Of a stretch of 64,000 bases of DNA, positions 40,921-50,229 are shown one piece after another (position 1 is the stretch's first letter; the number at the start of each line of letters is the position of its first letter). The notes beneath the pieces are model-generated. The model had not been told where the DNA came from, searched no databases, and was given only the letters and a program-made list of their open reading frames with translations. The translations under genes were made by a program, and so were the position numbers. Origin of the DNA: Candidatus Krumholzibacteriia bacterium (GTDB taxonomy: Bacteria > Krumholzibacteriota > Krumholzibacteriia > JAJRXK01); NCBI GenBank assembly GCA_041484665.1, contig JBGPIA010000001.1, forward strand, positions 32,001 through 96,000, read 5' to 3'.

Positions 40921-41125
40921 TCGGGCGATCGCCTGCCGCACGGCCGCAGGGGCGGCCGCGCGCTCGCGCGCCGGCAGCCGTTGTTGGGCGGGCAGCGACG
41001 ATGACCCCTGCGCACCTCCCCGCGTCACGCCGCTGCAGCGCTCACGCTGCGCTGGCCTGCCCCTTGCAAGCCGTCACGCTGCAGATCGTGCCGCGTCTTA
41101 CGCTGCGCCGGCGCGATCCCACGCG

Positions 41126-41790
41126 ATGCGCTGGCTGCTGCGATACCTCCCCGCAAGCCTCCCGGCCTTGGGCGCCGCCCTCCCCGATTTCATTCTGGGG
41201 GGGTGTTCCTCGTCACATGGATCGCGCCGGCGGCGCTCGGCCACGCCATGGTGCGCTCGCTGCTCCTGGTCATGCTGCTGGAGTTCATCATCGTGCACTC
41301 GTCGGCATTCATGGGACAGGTCATGGTGGGTGGGCTCTCGCGGCAGAGCAAGGCGCGCTCCCTGCTGGGCCTGTGCGCCATGTACACGCTGTTCGTCGGC
41401 GGGTTCGCGCTGGCGTTTCGGACCTGGCAGCCACTGCTGAGCTTCTGGCTGCTCACGCTGAACCGCTTGCTCAGCGTCGTCCTCGGTCAGGCGCCCGACG
41501 GTGAGGAGAAGGAGCTGCTGCAGCGGGGCTGGGCGGTCTCGACGCTGGCGTATCTGGGGTTCACGTTCCTGACCATCGTGCTGCCCGTTCCGCGCCTGGG
41601 CATCACGCGGGCGGTGGCGCTCGCGCAACAGCTGCCCAGCAGCGGGCTGTGGGTGGACCAGCCGCATCGCGCCGTTGCGTTGGGATTCCTCTACTTTACC
41701 GCCGTGGGGATCTCCGAGCTTGGCGGGCATCGCTGGCTCAAGGTGCGCGCGAGCGGCTCGGCGAGCGTGCCCCAGGCGCGCGAGGCGTGA
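41126..41790 (+). pseudogene. Membrane protein frameshifted in a G7 run (41197-41203)
   Basis: ATG 41126 gives MRWLLRYLPASLPALGAALPDFILGG; one extra G would join it to VFLVTWIAP... of ORF 41203..41790 as a continuous hydrophobic helix. GTG 41203 has no normal RBS. Confidence 0.6.
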
Positions 41791-41881
41791 ACCCGCGCTC
41801 GCCGGCCCCGTCGGCCAGCCCCCACCAGCGCCTCCCCGCTTTCTCCGAAGGCGTTGGGCCGCTCAAGCGGCCCGGGACCAG

Positions 41882-43852
41882 TCATCGGGCTGGATTTTGC
41901 AGGTCGATCCGCCGGATCCAGATCCCCTCAGCAACCTCGGGCCCGGCGGGCAGCTCGCGTGCGAGCTCGATCAGCGCGCGCACGGGGTCGGCGGCCGCGC
42001 TGGGTGGCCCCTCGAGCACGCCCCCAATGCCGCGCAGCTCGTCCTTGGCGCGGTCGGTCAGCCGCGCGTACTGCAGCGTCCGGCCCTGCTGCGGGCGCTG
42101 CACGGCGAGCATCTCCGTCTCGAACCCCACGAGCCGCTGGGGGCTGGCGAGGATCACCACGTGCTCGCGGCCGCCGGGGCTGGTGACCTGCCAATAGAGC
42201 GTGCGCCCGTCGCGCGCCCCCGGCAGCAGGTGCGCGACTCCGGCCGGCAAGGGATTCCCTGGTCCCACGCCGGTCAGGGGATACAGCAGGTACGACTCCC
42301 CTTGCTCGTCCTCGTCGATCACGTAGACGTAGACGCTCGCCGAGGCCACAAACTCCAGCGAGAGGGAATCCCCCACCCCCAGGCCCGCGCCCCGGGCCAG
42401 GCGCTCCCGCCGCTGCGCGCCGCGATAGAGCGCCGCTTGCGCCGTGTACGGGCCGATCACCGCCGAGACGTCCGCACCGCCCTGCGTCTGCGGTTGCTCG
42501 CCCTGGGTGCCGAGCATCGCAGAGCGGGCTGCGTCCCGCCGATGCCCGCGCACGGCGAACCAGGTCCCCAGCGCGCCGGCAAGCAGCACGACCCCCGCGG
42601 CGGCCGCGATCGCGCGACGCCGCGGCCACAGCAGCTGCCTCCACGCCAACGGCGCGCGAGCCGCGCCGGCGGCGGCGGGCGCGCCCGCCGCCGCGGCGAG
42701 CGCCTGCTCCAGCTCGCCGGCGCTGGAAAAGCGGGCGGTCGGGTCGTGGGCGAGCGCGCGCTCGACGGTCCGCACCAGGGGCGCGGGCAGGTCGGGACGC
42801 GCGTCGCGCAACGGGACGGGCGAGCGCCGCGCATGGGCGACGCGCAGCTCCGCGAGCGTGCTACCGCGCACGGGGTAGGCGGCGGTCGCCAGGAAGTACA
42901 GGAGCACGCCGAGGCTGTAGAGATCGGCGCGCACGGAGGCCGGCGCCCCTTCGAACAGCTCAGGCGCCATGTACATGGGCGTGGCCGCCCCGGGCCCGAA
43001 GTCCATGAGCACGATGCGGCCGCCCTCCTCGCGCATCACGTTGTCGGCCTTGACGTCCTGGTGCAGCAGGCCAGCTCGGTGCACCGCGGCCAGGGCGCGG
43101 CAGAGGTCGCCTCCGATAGCGAGCACCTCGTGGGCGCCCATTCGCCCCTGCTCGCGCACGATCTGGGCTAGCGTGCGTCCGGAGACGAGCTCCATCCAGA
43201 GGGCCACTCCGCCGTCCAGCTCCTGCGCGCCGTGGACGGTGACGACGTTGGGATGCGCGACGCTGGCCAGGCGCTGCGCCTCGCGCAGCAACCCGGCCCC
43301 ACGCCCGGCTGGCGTGGCCGGCTCGTCCACCCCGGGCGCTCCGCGCGGTGCGCGCGCGGTGAGGATCTTCAGCGCCACGTCGCGCTGCAGCTTGAGGTCG
43401 CGCGCCCGGTAGACCTGGCCATGGCTCCCGGCGCCGAGCGGCTCGAGGATCTCCAGCTGGTCGCGCAACGGGGCCAGGTCGGCCCTCGCCACGTCGGGCA
43501 GTCGCAGGTCGGCTGGCGCAGCGTCGGGTAGTGCCGCCCCCAGATCGCGCGAGCGCTCCAGGCGGTGCAGGTGCTCGATGCGCGCGAGCACGTTCAGCGA
43601 CTCGATCAGCGTGCGCTCCTCCCTCGCCGGTGAGTGCAGCGCCTCCTCCGTCCAGTCGACATCCGCTCCGTCGGAGATCGACACTGCGAGGCCAAGGACG
43701 CGGTCCCCGCTACACGGATCGCCGGTGTGTGGGTCGCCGCCGTGTGGATCGGCGCCCCGCGCATCGCCGCCGTGCACGTCGGCGCCGGGCGCATCGCCGC
43801 CGTGCCGGTCGGCGCCGGGCGCATCGCCGCCCCGGCCGTCAGTGGCGCTCAC
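41882..43852 (-). CDS. Hanks-type Ser/Thr kinase with TM helix and extracytoplasmic DUF4384-like domain
   Basis: LGAGSHGQVY, VALK, HPNVV, HQDVKADN, DFG, YMAPE, DLYSLG; TM AIAAAAGVVLLAGALG; C-terminal YVYVIDEDEQGESYLLYP. Confidence 0.88.
   Translation of the reverse strand: MSATDGRGGDAPGADRHGGDAPGADVHGGDARGADPHGGDPHTGDPCSGDRVLGLAVSISDGADVDWTEEALHSPAREERTLIESLNVLARIEHLHRLERSRDLGAALPDAAPADLRLPDVARADLAPLRDQLEILEPLGAGSHGQVYRARDLKLQRDVALKILTARAPRGAPGVDEPATPAGRGAGLLREAQRLASVAHPNVVTVHGAQELDGGVALWMELVSGRTLAQIVREQGRMGAHEVLAIGGDLCRALAAVHRAGLLHQDVKADNVMREEGGRIVLMDFGPGAATPMYMAPELFEGAPASVRADLYSLGVLLYFLATAAYPVRGSTLAELRVAHARRSPVPLRDARPDLPAPLVRTVERALAHDPTARFSSAGELEQALAAAAGAPAAAGAARAPLAWRQLLWPRRRAIAAAAGVVLLAGALGTWFAVRGHRRDAARSAMLGTQGEQPQTQGGADVSAVIGPYTAQAALYRGAQRRERLARGAGLGVGDSLSLEFVASASVYVYVIDEDEQGESYLLYPLTGVGPGNPLPAGVAHLLPGARDGRTLYWQVTSPGGREHVVILASPQRLVGFETEMLAVQRPQQGRTLQYARLTDRAKDELRGIGGVLEGPPSAAADPVRALIELARELPAGPEVAEGIWIRRIDLQNPAR
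43741..43830. repeat. Three tandem 30-nt repeats encoding (HGGDAxGADx)n at the kinase N-terminus
   Basis: cgtgtggatcggcgccccgcgcatcgccgc / cgtgcacgtcggcgccgggcgcatcgccgc / cgtgccggtcggcgccgggcgcatcgccgc. Confidence 0.85.
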
Positions 43853-44462
43853 GGCTCATCTCCTCCGCCAACCGCACGAGCGCCCGCCCGACGGCCATGC
43901 GCGCCGCGTCGGCCGAAGGCTTGCCCAGTGTATCGGCGACCTCCGGATAGCTGCAGCCCAGCTCGATGCGTGCGATGATCGCCTCGCGATCGTGGGGATT
44001 CAGGCGCGTCAGCGCCTCCTCGTAGCGCTGCACCTGTTCGCGTCCGACGAGATCCTCCAGGGCTGACGGAGCGTGATCGGGCTCCTGCTCGGTCAGCGCG
44101 TTCACGCGCGGCGAGCGGCCCGCACGCCGGATCTCGTCGCGGATGCGGTTGGTCAGCCCCCGACGCAGATAGGCGTGGAACCCGCCGGTGGAGCGATGCT
44201 CGAAGGTGTCCAGCCGCCTGATGCTGCGCAGCAGCACCTCCTGCACCATGTCGCCGGTGTCGAGCAATCCGCGCGCGGAGGCGGGCAAGCGTCCGCTCGC
44301 CCAGCTCAGCAGGCGCGGGAGGTAGCGGGCGCAAAGGCGATCCAACGCGCCCGCGTCGCCGGCGCGCGCCAGCTCCAGCAGTTCGATGGAGGATTCGACC
44401 GGGGACGCGCGAGCCCGGTCCGAACGATCCGGCTCGCTCGCCCCGGCGTCGCTTGTGGCCAT
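43839..44462 (-). CDS. ECF sigma factor adjacent to the kinase
   Basis: LLELARAGD...RYLPRL...DTGDMVQE...NRIRDEIRR; region 4 SYPEVADTLG; overlaps the kinase start. Start taken as ATG 44462. Confidence 0.88.
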   Translation of the reverse strand: MATSDAGASEPDRSDRARASPVESSIELLELARAGDAGALDRLCARYLPRLLSWASGRLPASARGLLDTGDMVQEVLLRSIRRLDTFEHRSTGGFHAYLRRGLTNRIRDEIRRAGRSPRVNALTEQEPDHAPSALEDLVGREQVQRYEEALTRLNPHDREAIIARIELGCSYPEVADTLGKPSADAARMAVGRALVRLAEEMSRERH

Positions 44463-44695
44463 GCAGTCCCACCACGCCGTTGGCACCAGCGTCCAGCATA
44501 TCGAAGCCCTCCGCCGAACAGAAGAGGCGAGGCGGACCGACCGCCTGCGCGGGGTCGCCACTTGGCGGACCGCCGCACTCCCCGAGAACGCTGGAATCGG
44601 TCAAGGCGAACGCGCCGCCCGCGCATGCTGCGAGCCGGTGCCTTGCCAGACCGCGGGGCCCCCGGCATATTGGGGCGTCGTCCCAGGAGGCTGCA

Positions 44696-45679
44696 GTGGC
44701 TTGGTTGCGCCGGCGTGGGCCCGCGGGCGAAGGTGGGGCGAGCCGTTCCCTTCTGGTGCGCCTTCTCGTCTACACCCTGATCCTCATGGTGCTGTTCGTG
44801 TGGCGTGTCCTGCCGGGGCTGCGGGCGCACTTTCCGGGCGGATCGCCCACCCCGGCCAACGACCGCGCGCTGGTGCTCACCGGCGGCGCGCTGGCGCCCG
44901 ACCTCGCGGCGCGACTGATCGCCCACTATCGGGAACTCTACCCCCTGATCGACGTTCACCTGCGGGGGGGAGGCACGCGCCAGGCCCTGGAAGAGCTGAT
45001 CAACGGGGACGCCGACGTGGCATTCCTCAGCCGCGAGCCCACCGCCGCCGAGACGGCGGCAATCCGGGCCGCCGGTGACTCGGCGATGACCTTCCCGATC
45101 GCATTGGGGGGAATCGCCGTGCTGACTTCCAAGCGGACGGACATCGACTCCCTCGCGGTGGACGCGATCCGCGAGCTGGCGCGCGGGGCCGGCCCGGCTG
45201 CGGGGAGCCGCGTGCGTGGCCGGCGTCTCTACGCGACCGAGCCCAATTCAGGGTTGTGGACGGCCCTGACCGCCCAGCTCGGGCTCCCCGACGCGCCCCC
45301 GTCCACCCTGGCCTGGGTCGGCGCCGACAGTGACGTGGTCGACGCCGTGGCGCGTGACGCCTCGGGCCTCGGCTTCGCCAGCACCCTGGATCTCCCGGCC
45401 GACCTGGAAGCGCGTGGGGTCAAGGCACTGTGGGTCTACCAGGGTGAGCGCGGGGCACGCGGCACCGACGCGCGTTCGTTGGCCGCAGGGGACTATCCCC
45501 TGATCCACTATTTCTATGTATCATGTCGTCCAAGCAGTGGTGCTCTCGCCTCTGGCTTCGTGACCTACTACTACAGCGGACAGGGACAGCGCCTGATCGC
45601 CCGGGAAGGATTCCTCCCGGCGCGCGAGGTGGGGCGCGACATCATCCTCACCCGCAAGCCGCTGGGCGAGCGGAGCTGA
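44696..45679 (+). CDS. Membrane-anchored PstS-like periplasmic binding protein
   Basis: GTG 44696 after AGGAGG; N-terminal TM; GGGTRQALEEL..GDADVAFLSRE, IALGGIAV, GDYPL, GQGQRLI..GFLP. Confidence 0.8.
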   Translation: MAWLRRRGPAGEGGASRSLLVRLLVYTLILMVLFVWRVLPGLRAHFPGGSPTPANDRALVLTGGALAPDLAARLIAHYRELYPLIDVHLRGGGTRQALEELINGDADVAFLSREPTAAETAAIRAAGDSAMTFPIALGGIAVLTSKRTDIDSLAVDAIRELARGAGPAAGSRVRGRRLYATEPNSGLWTALTAQLGLPDAPPSTLAWVGADSDVVDAVARDASGLGFASTLDLPADLEARGVKALWVYQGERGARGTDARSLAAGDYPLIHYFYVSCRPSSGALASGFVTYYYSGQGQRLIAREGFLPAREVGRDIILTRKPLGERS

Positions 45680-45708
45680 ACGATGACGGCCGCAAAGGAG
45701 AGCTGTTG

Positions 45709-47547
45709 ATGGTTCGTCGAGTTGCGTCGCAGGGGAGCGCTGCTAGCCGCACGGTCCGATTTGCTGCCTCTCTCTGGATGGGGTTCTCGCTCTTGGTGCC
45801 CGCCACGGCCCTGTGCGCAAAGAAGGAGTATCCGCCAGAGGCCAACCCCAACCGGCGCGGGATGGCCGCCATCGAGCAAGGCCGGCTGCCGGAGGCCCAC
45901 CAGCTCTTCGAGGAAGCCATCAGCAACGAGTTCGAGCCCATGAAGGCGAACTACGGCCTGGGGCTGGTCCACATGCGCCAAGGCGAGTTCCGTGAGGCCG
46001 AGCCGCTCTTCCGCAAGGCACTCTCCTTCCAGCTCACCGACGACGAGTTCCCCGACGGGCGAGCCTGGCTGGGCGTGGCACTGCTCCGGATGGGCCGCGT
46101 GCGCGAGGCGAAGCAGCAGCTGGAGCAGGCGCGACGTGCGGGTGACCTGTGGGTCGCCGCGTACGGGCTGGCGCGGCTGGCGATCCTCGAGAAGCGCTAT
46201 CCCGACGCCGAGCAGCTGCTGGCCAAGGGCGCCCAGGCCAAGGGGCTCAAGGAAGGCGAGGACCTCTACGACAGCGGGATGGCGCTCCTGCACTACGCCC
46301 AGTCGGACTACTCCGCCGCGGAAAAGCCGGCGATGGCGGCGATGAAGCTGAATCCCTCCGAGCCAGAGGTCGCCGCCCTGCTGTCGGACATCTACGTGAA
46401 GCTGGGTGCCCCGGAGCTTGCCGTGGAAGCCTACCGCGCTGCGCTGGACGCGCCGGGCACGATCCGCACGGCCCCCATGCTACAGGCCCTGGGCGCGGCC
46501 TACGAGAAGACGGGCAAGTACCAGGAGGCGCTGAAGACCTACGCCGAAGCCGCCCAGTTGGACTCACTCTACGCTCCTGCATACAAGAGCATCGGGAAGC
46601 TGTACGTGCGCGCGAAGAAGGAGGAGACGGCGGTCCCGTACTTGCTTCGCTATACGAAGCTGATCCAGAGCGACGCGGACGGCTACGCGGAGCTGTCGAA
46701 GGCCTGCTTGGCCATCCGCAAATACCGCACGGCGATCGATGCGGCGAAGCAGGCCTTCACGCTGGACAGCACGCAGGTGGACACCCGCCTCGCGCTTGCC
46801 CGCGCCTCGTTCTACGACCGCGGGAAGGGCCGTTCGGCCCAGCTCTACGCCACCGTCAAGGACACGTCGCTGTTCGACGCCGCCGACTACACGCGGCGGG
46901 GGCAGATCGCCTTGGACCGGGGCGATGTTGCGACGGCAAGCAAGCTGGTCGACAAGGCCGTGGCGATGGACCCCACCCTGCCCGATGCGTACGCGGCGCG
47001 CGGCTACATCGCCATGAAGGAGAGCAAGCTGGACGAGGCCGTGGGGCACCTCCAGAAAGCCGCCGAGCTCGCCGCGAAGACACCGGCGATCGCAGCGCGC
47101 TTCCAGCTCAACGTGGGGGTGGCTCTGCTGCAGATGAAGCGTACCAGTGAGGGGATCGCGGTCCTGCGCAAGGCGAAGTCGGTAGCGCCCGACGACGCAC
47201 AGATTCGCATCGCGCTGGGCCAGGCCCTGGTGGCCGTGGACTCGGTGGCGGTGGCGGCCAGCGAGTTCAAGGCGGCCGTCGAGCGGGAGCCCAAGAACGG
47301 CAAGGCCCTGCGCTTCCTGGCCTCGTGCCAGCTCAAGCAGTCCGCCTTTGCGGAAGCCGCGACGTCCCTGGAGGCAGCGACCGTCGTGGAGCCGGACAAT
47401 GCCGACGCCTGGGCGTTGCTGGGTCAGGTGTATCAGAACCTCAAGGAGGACGCCAAGGCGCAGGCCGCTCTGGACAAGGTCCGCGCCCTCAATCCGAATC
47501 ACAGTTCCTTGAAAGGCGGGGCGCAAACGGCCAAGCAGGCCCCCTGA
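45709..47547 (+). CDS. Secreted tetratricopeptide-repeat protein
   Basis: ATG 45709 after AAGGAG; signal-like segment; many 34-aa helical repeats (e.g. DAWALLGQVYQNLKEDAKAQAALDKVRALNP). Confidence 0.88.
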   Translation: MVRRVASQGSAASRTVRFAASLWMGFSLLVPATALCAKKEYPPEANPNRRGMAAIEQGRLPEAHQLFEEAISNEFEPMKANYGLGLVHMRQGEFREAEPLFRKALSFQLTDDEFPDGRAWLGVALLRMGRVREAKQQLEQARRAGDLWVAAYGLARLAILEKRYPDAEQLLAKGAQAKGLKEGEDLYDSGMALLHYAQSDYSAAEKPAMAAMKLNPSEPEVAALLSDIYVKLGAPELAVEAYRAALDAPGTIRTAPMLQALGAAYEKTGKYQEALKTYAEAAQLDSLYAPAYKSIGKLYVRAKKEETAVPYLLRYTKLIQSDADGYAELSKACLAIRKYRTAIDAAKQAFTLDSTQVDTRLALARASFYDRGKGRSAQLYATVKDTSLFDAADYTRRGQIALDRGDVATASKLVDKAVAMDPTLPDAYAARGYIAMKESKLDEAVGHLQKAAELAAKTPAIAARFQLNVGVALLQMKRTSEGIAVLRKAKSVAPDDAQIRIALGQALVAVDSVAVAASEFKAAVEREPKNGKALRFLASCQLKQSAFAEAATSLEAATVVEPDNADAWALLGQVYQNLKEDAKAQAALDKVRALNPNHSSLKGGAQTAKQAP

Positions 47548-47611
47548 GCGGCTTGCGGTGTTCGCCCGGATGCCCCGCCGCGAACCGGTCGAACCCGTGC
47601 AGGGTTGAACC

Positions 47612-47641
47612 TTGACAGAAAGGCAGCCAAAAACGTACATT
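47612..47641 (+). promoter_or_regulatory. Sigma70-like promoter
   Basis: TTGACA (47612-47617), 18 nt spacer, TACATT (47636-47641) in an A-rich patch, about 440 nt upstream of the STAS gene. Confidence 0.55.
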
Positions 47642-48083
47642 GCCCCGCGCTTCGCGTGAGTCTTGTGGGCGGCACTTGCCCCGACCTGCAACAGGCTGTC
47701 TGCGAGTTCGCTCGCCAAGGCGCGCCGGAAATCGTGACTCGGGCAGGTCGCACATCCCCACTTCGACAGCCTCGGGCCCCCCAGGGCTGGTGACCGCCGA
47801 CGCCAGCCGCGGTGATGGGTGCGCGGGGTCCACAGCGTAGCGCCGGTCGTCGGCGCAGTGCAGCTGCGGCGCGCGAGCGTCGGTGAAAGCGATGGCTGGG
47901 CTTGCGGTGCACGGCGCCCAGACGGAGGACGACGCGGTAGTGACCTCCCTGGCTCGTGAGAACCCCGGGAAGCGGCCGCTGGCCCGTTGCAAGCACCCCA
48001 CCCGCGATCCCGGTGAGCCTGGGCAGGCAACCCCCTGCACCGGGCCGGCCGGGTGCTCCTAGCCGGTTAAGGAGGACACGCCC

Positions 48084-48434
48084 ATGAGCCTGGACCGCTC
48101 CACGGTCGGTGATGTGCACGTGCTCACGCCCAAGAAGAACCTGCTCGGAGGTCAGGAGACCCAGGCGCTGCTGGCGGCAGTCGACGAGGTCGCCGGGAAA
48201 GGCGACCCCCGGATCGTGGTCGACCTGGGCAAGATCTCGTATCTGAACAGCGTGGGTCTGGGCTCCCTGGTGAAGGCCAACACGAGCTGCATCAACCGCC
48301 AGGGATGGCTGCGGATCGCCCGTGTGGGGACCAAGATCAAGAACCTGTTCATCGTGACCAAGCTGACCTTCGTCTTCGACACCTACGACAGCGTCGAGGA
48401 AGCGGTCGCAGGGGCGAACAAGAACGGCTCGTAG
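48084..48434 (+). CDS. STAS-domain anti-sigma factor antagonist
   Basis: IVVDLGKISYLNSVGLGSLV with the phospho-acceptor Ser motif; strong RBS TAAGGAGG. Confidence 0.9.
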   Translation: MSLDRSTVGDVHVLTPKKNLLGGQETQALLAAVDEVAGKGDPRIVVDLGKISYLNSVGLGSLVKANTSCINRQGWLRIARVGTKIKNLFIVTKLTFVFDTYDSVEEAVAGANKNGS

Positions 48435-48473
48435 CCGCAACCCCCGGATTGTGGAGAGCAACGGAGGAGTTCC

Positions 48474-49196
48474 ATGAAGCGTATCGTGTTCCTCCCGATC
48501 CTGTTCCTGGCGGTCGGGATCTCGTACTTCGTGTACAAGTCGCTGCCTACGTTCATCCAGAACGGTGGGCCGCTGATCATCCTGTTGTTCACGCTCTCGA
48601 TCCTGGTGTTCACCTTCATCACCGAGCGCTTGTGGACCCTCCACAAGGCCGAGGGCAAGGGCAACATCACCGGCTTCATCCGGCAGCTGAAGAACACGGT
48701 CCATGGCGGACAGCTCGATCAGGCTGTGGAGGCCTGCCGCAAACAGGGTGGCTGCCTGGGCAACGTGGTGGGGTCGGGCCTGGAGTTCTACCACCTCAAG
48801 AAGGACGCCATCCAGGACCACGACGAGCTCATCGAGGAGACCCGGCGGGCCATCGAGGAGGCCAACGCGCTGGAGACGCCGCTCCTGGAGCGCAATCTGA
48901 TCGCGCTGTCGACCATCGCCTCCATTGCCACGATGGTGGGTTTGCTGGGCACGACGATCGGGATGATCCGCTGCTTCCACGCCATGGCCCGAGCCGGCGC
49001 GCCCGACGCGATCGGCCTCGCGCTGGGGATCTCCGAGGCCTTGATCAACACGGCCGGAGGGCTGTTCATCGCGATCCTCTCCATTGTGATGTACAACTAC
49101 TTCACCAACCGCGTCGACTCGTTCAACTACTCGCTCGACGAGACGACCTACGAGGTCCTCACGCTGCTCGAGCACCAGGCGTACAAGGGCGCCTAG
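48474..49196 (+). CDS. exbB: MotA/TolQ/ExbB proton-channel protein
   Basis: LERNLIALSTIASIATMVGLLGTTIGMI and GISEALINTAGGLFIAI. Confidence 0.92.
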   Translation: MKRIVFLPILFLAVGISYFVYKSLPTFIQNGGPLIILLFTLSILVFTFITERLWTLHKAEGKGNITGFIRQLKNTVHGGQLDQAVEACRKQGGCLGNVVGSGLEFYHLKKDAIQDHDELIEETRRAIEEANALETPLLERNLIALSTIASIATMVGLLGTTIGMIRCFHAMARAGAPDAIGLALGISEALINTAGGLFIAILSIVMYNYFTNRVDSFNYSLDETTYEVLTLLEHQAYKGA

Positions 49197-49217
49197 CCCG
49201 GCGTCGAGGAGGCGGCA

Positions 49218-49658
49218 GTGGCCAAGGGCAAGCACCGGGTCGGGATCAAGATCGACATGACCCCCATGGTCGATGTCGCGTTCCTGCTCCTGATCTTCTT
49301 CATGTCGACGACGCAATTCAAACCGCCCGAGGAAGTCTCGGTCAGCCTCCCCTTTTCCAGCTCCGAGATCAAGGTGCCGGAGATCAACACGATCATCCTC
49401 ACCGTGAACAAGGACGGCCGCGTCTTCATCGGCGGCGAGCGGGGCGACGCGCGGGAGGTTCAGAAGGACAGCGACGGCGTGCTCAAGGCCATCACCGATG
49501 CGCGCACCAAGCGGCCGGGAGCTTACGTGGTCGTCAAGGCCGACAAAGGGGCCAACTACGGCCAGATGTGGGAGGTCATGGACGCCCTGGCCAGGAGCAA
49601 TACCCTGCGCTTCAACCTGATGACCGAGCTGCGAACCGACCGGGAGCGCGGCAAGTAA
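49218..49658 (+). CDS. exbD: ExbD/TolR family protein (first copy)
   Basis: IDMTPMVDVAFLLLIFFM TM with conserved Asp; KADKGANY. Confidence 0.92.
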   Translation: MAKGKHRVGIKIDMTPMVDVAFLLLIFFMSTTQFKPPEEVSVSLPFSSSEIKVPEINTIILTVNKDGRVFIGGERGDAREVQKDSDGVLKAITDARTKRPGAYVVVKADKGANYGQMWEVMDALARSNTLRFNLMTELRTDRERGK

Positions 49659-49669
49659 GGAGGTGAGCG

Positions 49670-50170
49670 ATGGGAGCACTGGACGCCGGTGAAGGCCGGC
49701 AACAGCCACAGAAAAAGGGAGGCGGCCTCCACCACATCAAGCGTCGTGCGGGCGTCCGCATCGACATGACGCCGATGGTGGACATCGCATTCCTGCTGCT
49801 CATCTTCTTCATGGTCACCACGGTGTTCCGCAAGCCGCAGGCCATGGAGATGAACCTGCCGCCGCACGACGTCAAGGTGAAGGTGGCGGAATCCTCCGTG
49901 ATGACGGTCTTCGTCGACCAGAACGACCGTGTCTTCTATCGGTACGCCAATGACCCGCTGGCTCCCGTGGAGCGCAAACAGCTCGTGCCGTTCTTCAAGA
50001 CGGAAGCGGCCAAGAGCGACAAGCTCATCATCCTCGTCAAGCTGGACCGTGCCGCGAAGTACGAGACGATGGTGAACGTGTTGGACGACCTCGAGTTCGC
50101 CGACATGAAGCGTTTCAGCCTGATCCCGATGACCGAGGAGGACCTCAACCTGGTCATGGCGCAGCCGTGA
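49670..50170 (+). CDS. exbD: ExbD/TolR family protein (second copy)
   Basis: IDMTPMVDIAFLLLIFFMVTT; AKYETMVNVLD. Confidence 0.92.
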   Translation: MGALDAGEGRQQPQKKGGGLHHIKRRAGVRIDMTPMVDIAFLLLIFFMVTTVFRKPQAMEMNLPPHDVKVKVAESSVMTVFVDQNDRVFYRYANDPLAPVERKQLVPFFKTEAAKSDKLIILVKLDRAAKYETMVNVLDDLEFADMKRFSLIPMTEEDLNLVMAQP

Positions 50171-50229
50171 CACTGGCTGCGCGCCCCGGACGTGCGGCGG
50201 CTGCATCTTGAGGAAAGGCGAGGCGACCC

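Noticed and set aside
43741..43830. 30-nt repeats as a mini CRISPR array
   Set aside because: They are head-to-tail with no spacers, in frame within a CDS, and no cas genes are present.
44696..45679. Phosphate ABC transporter operon
   Set aside because: No pstC, pstA, pstB or phoU nearby; the protein is membrane anchored and sits with TPR/ExbBD genes.
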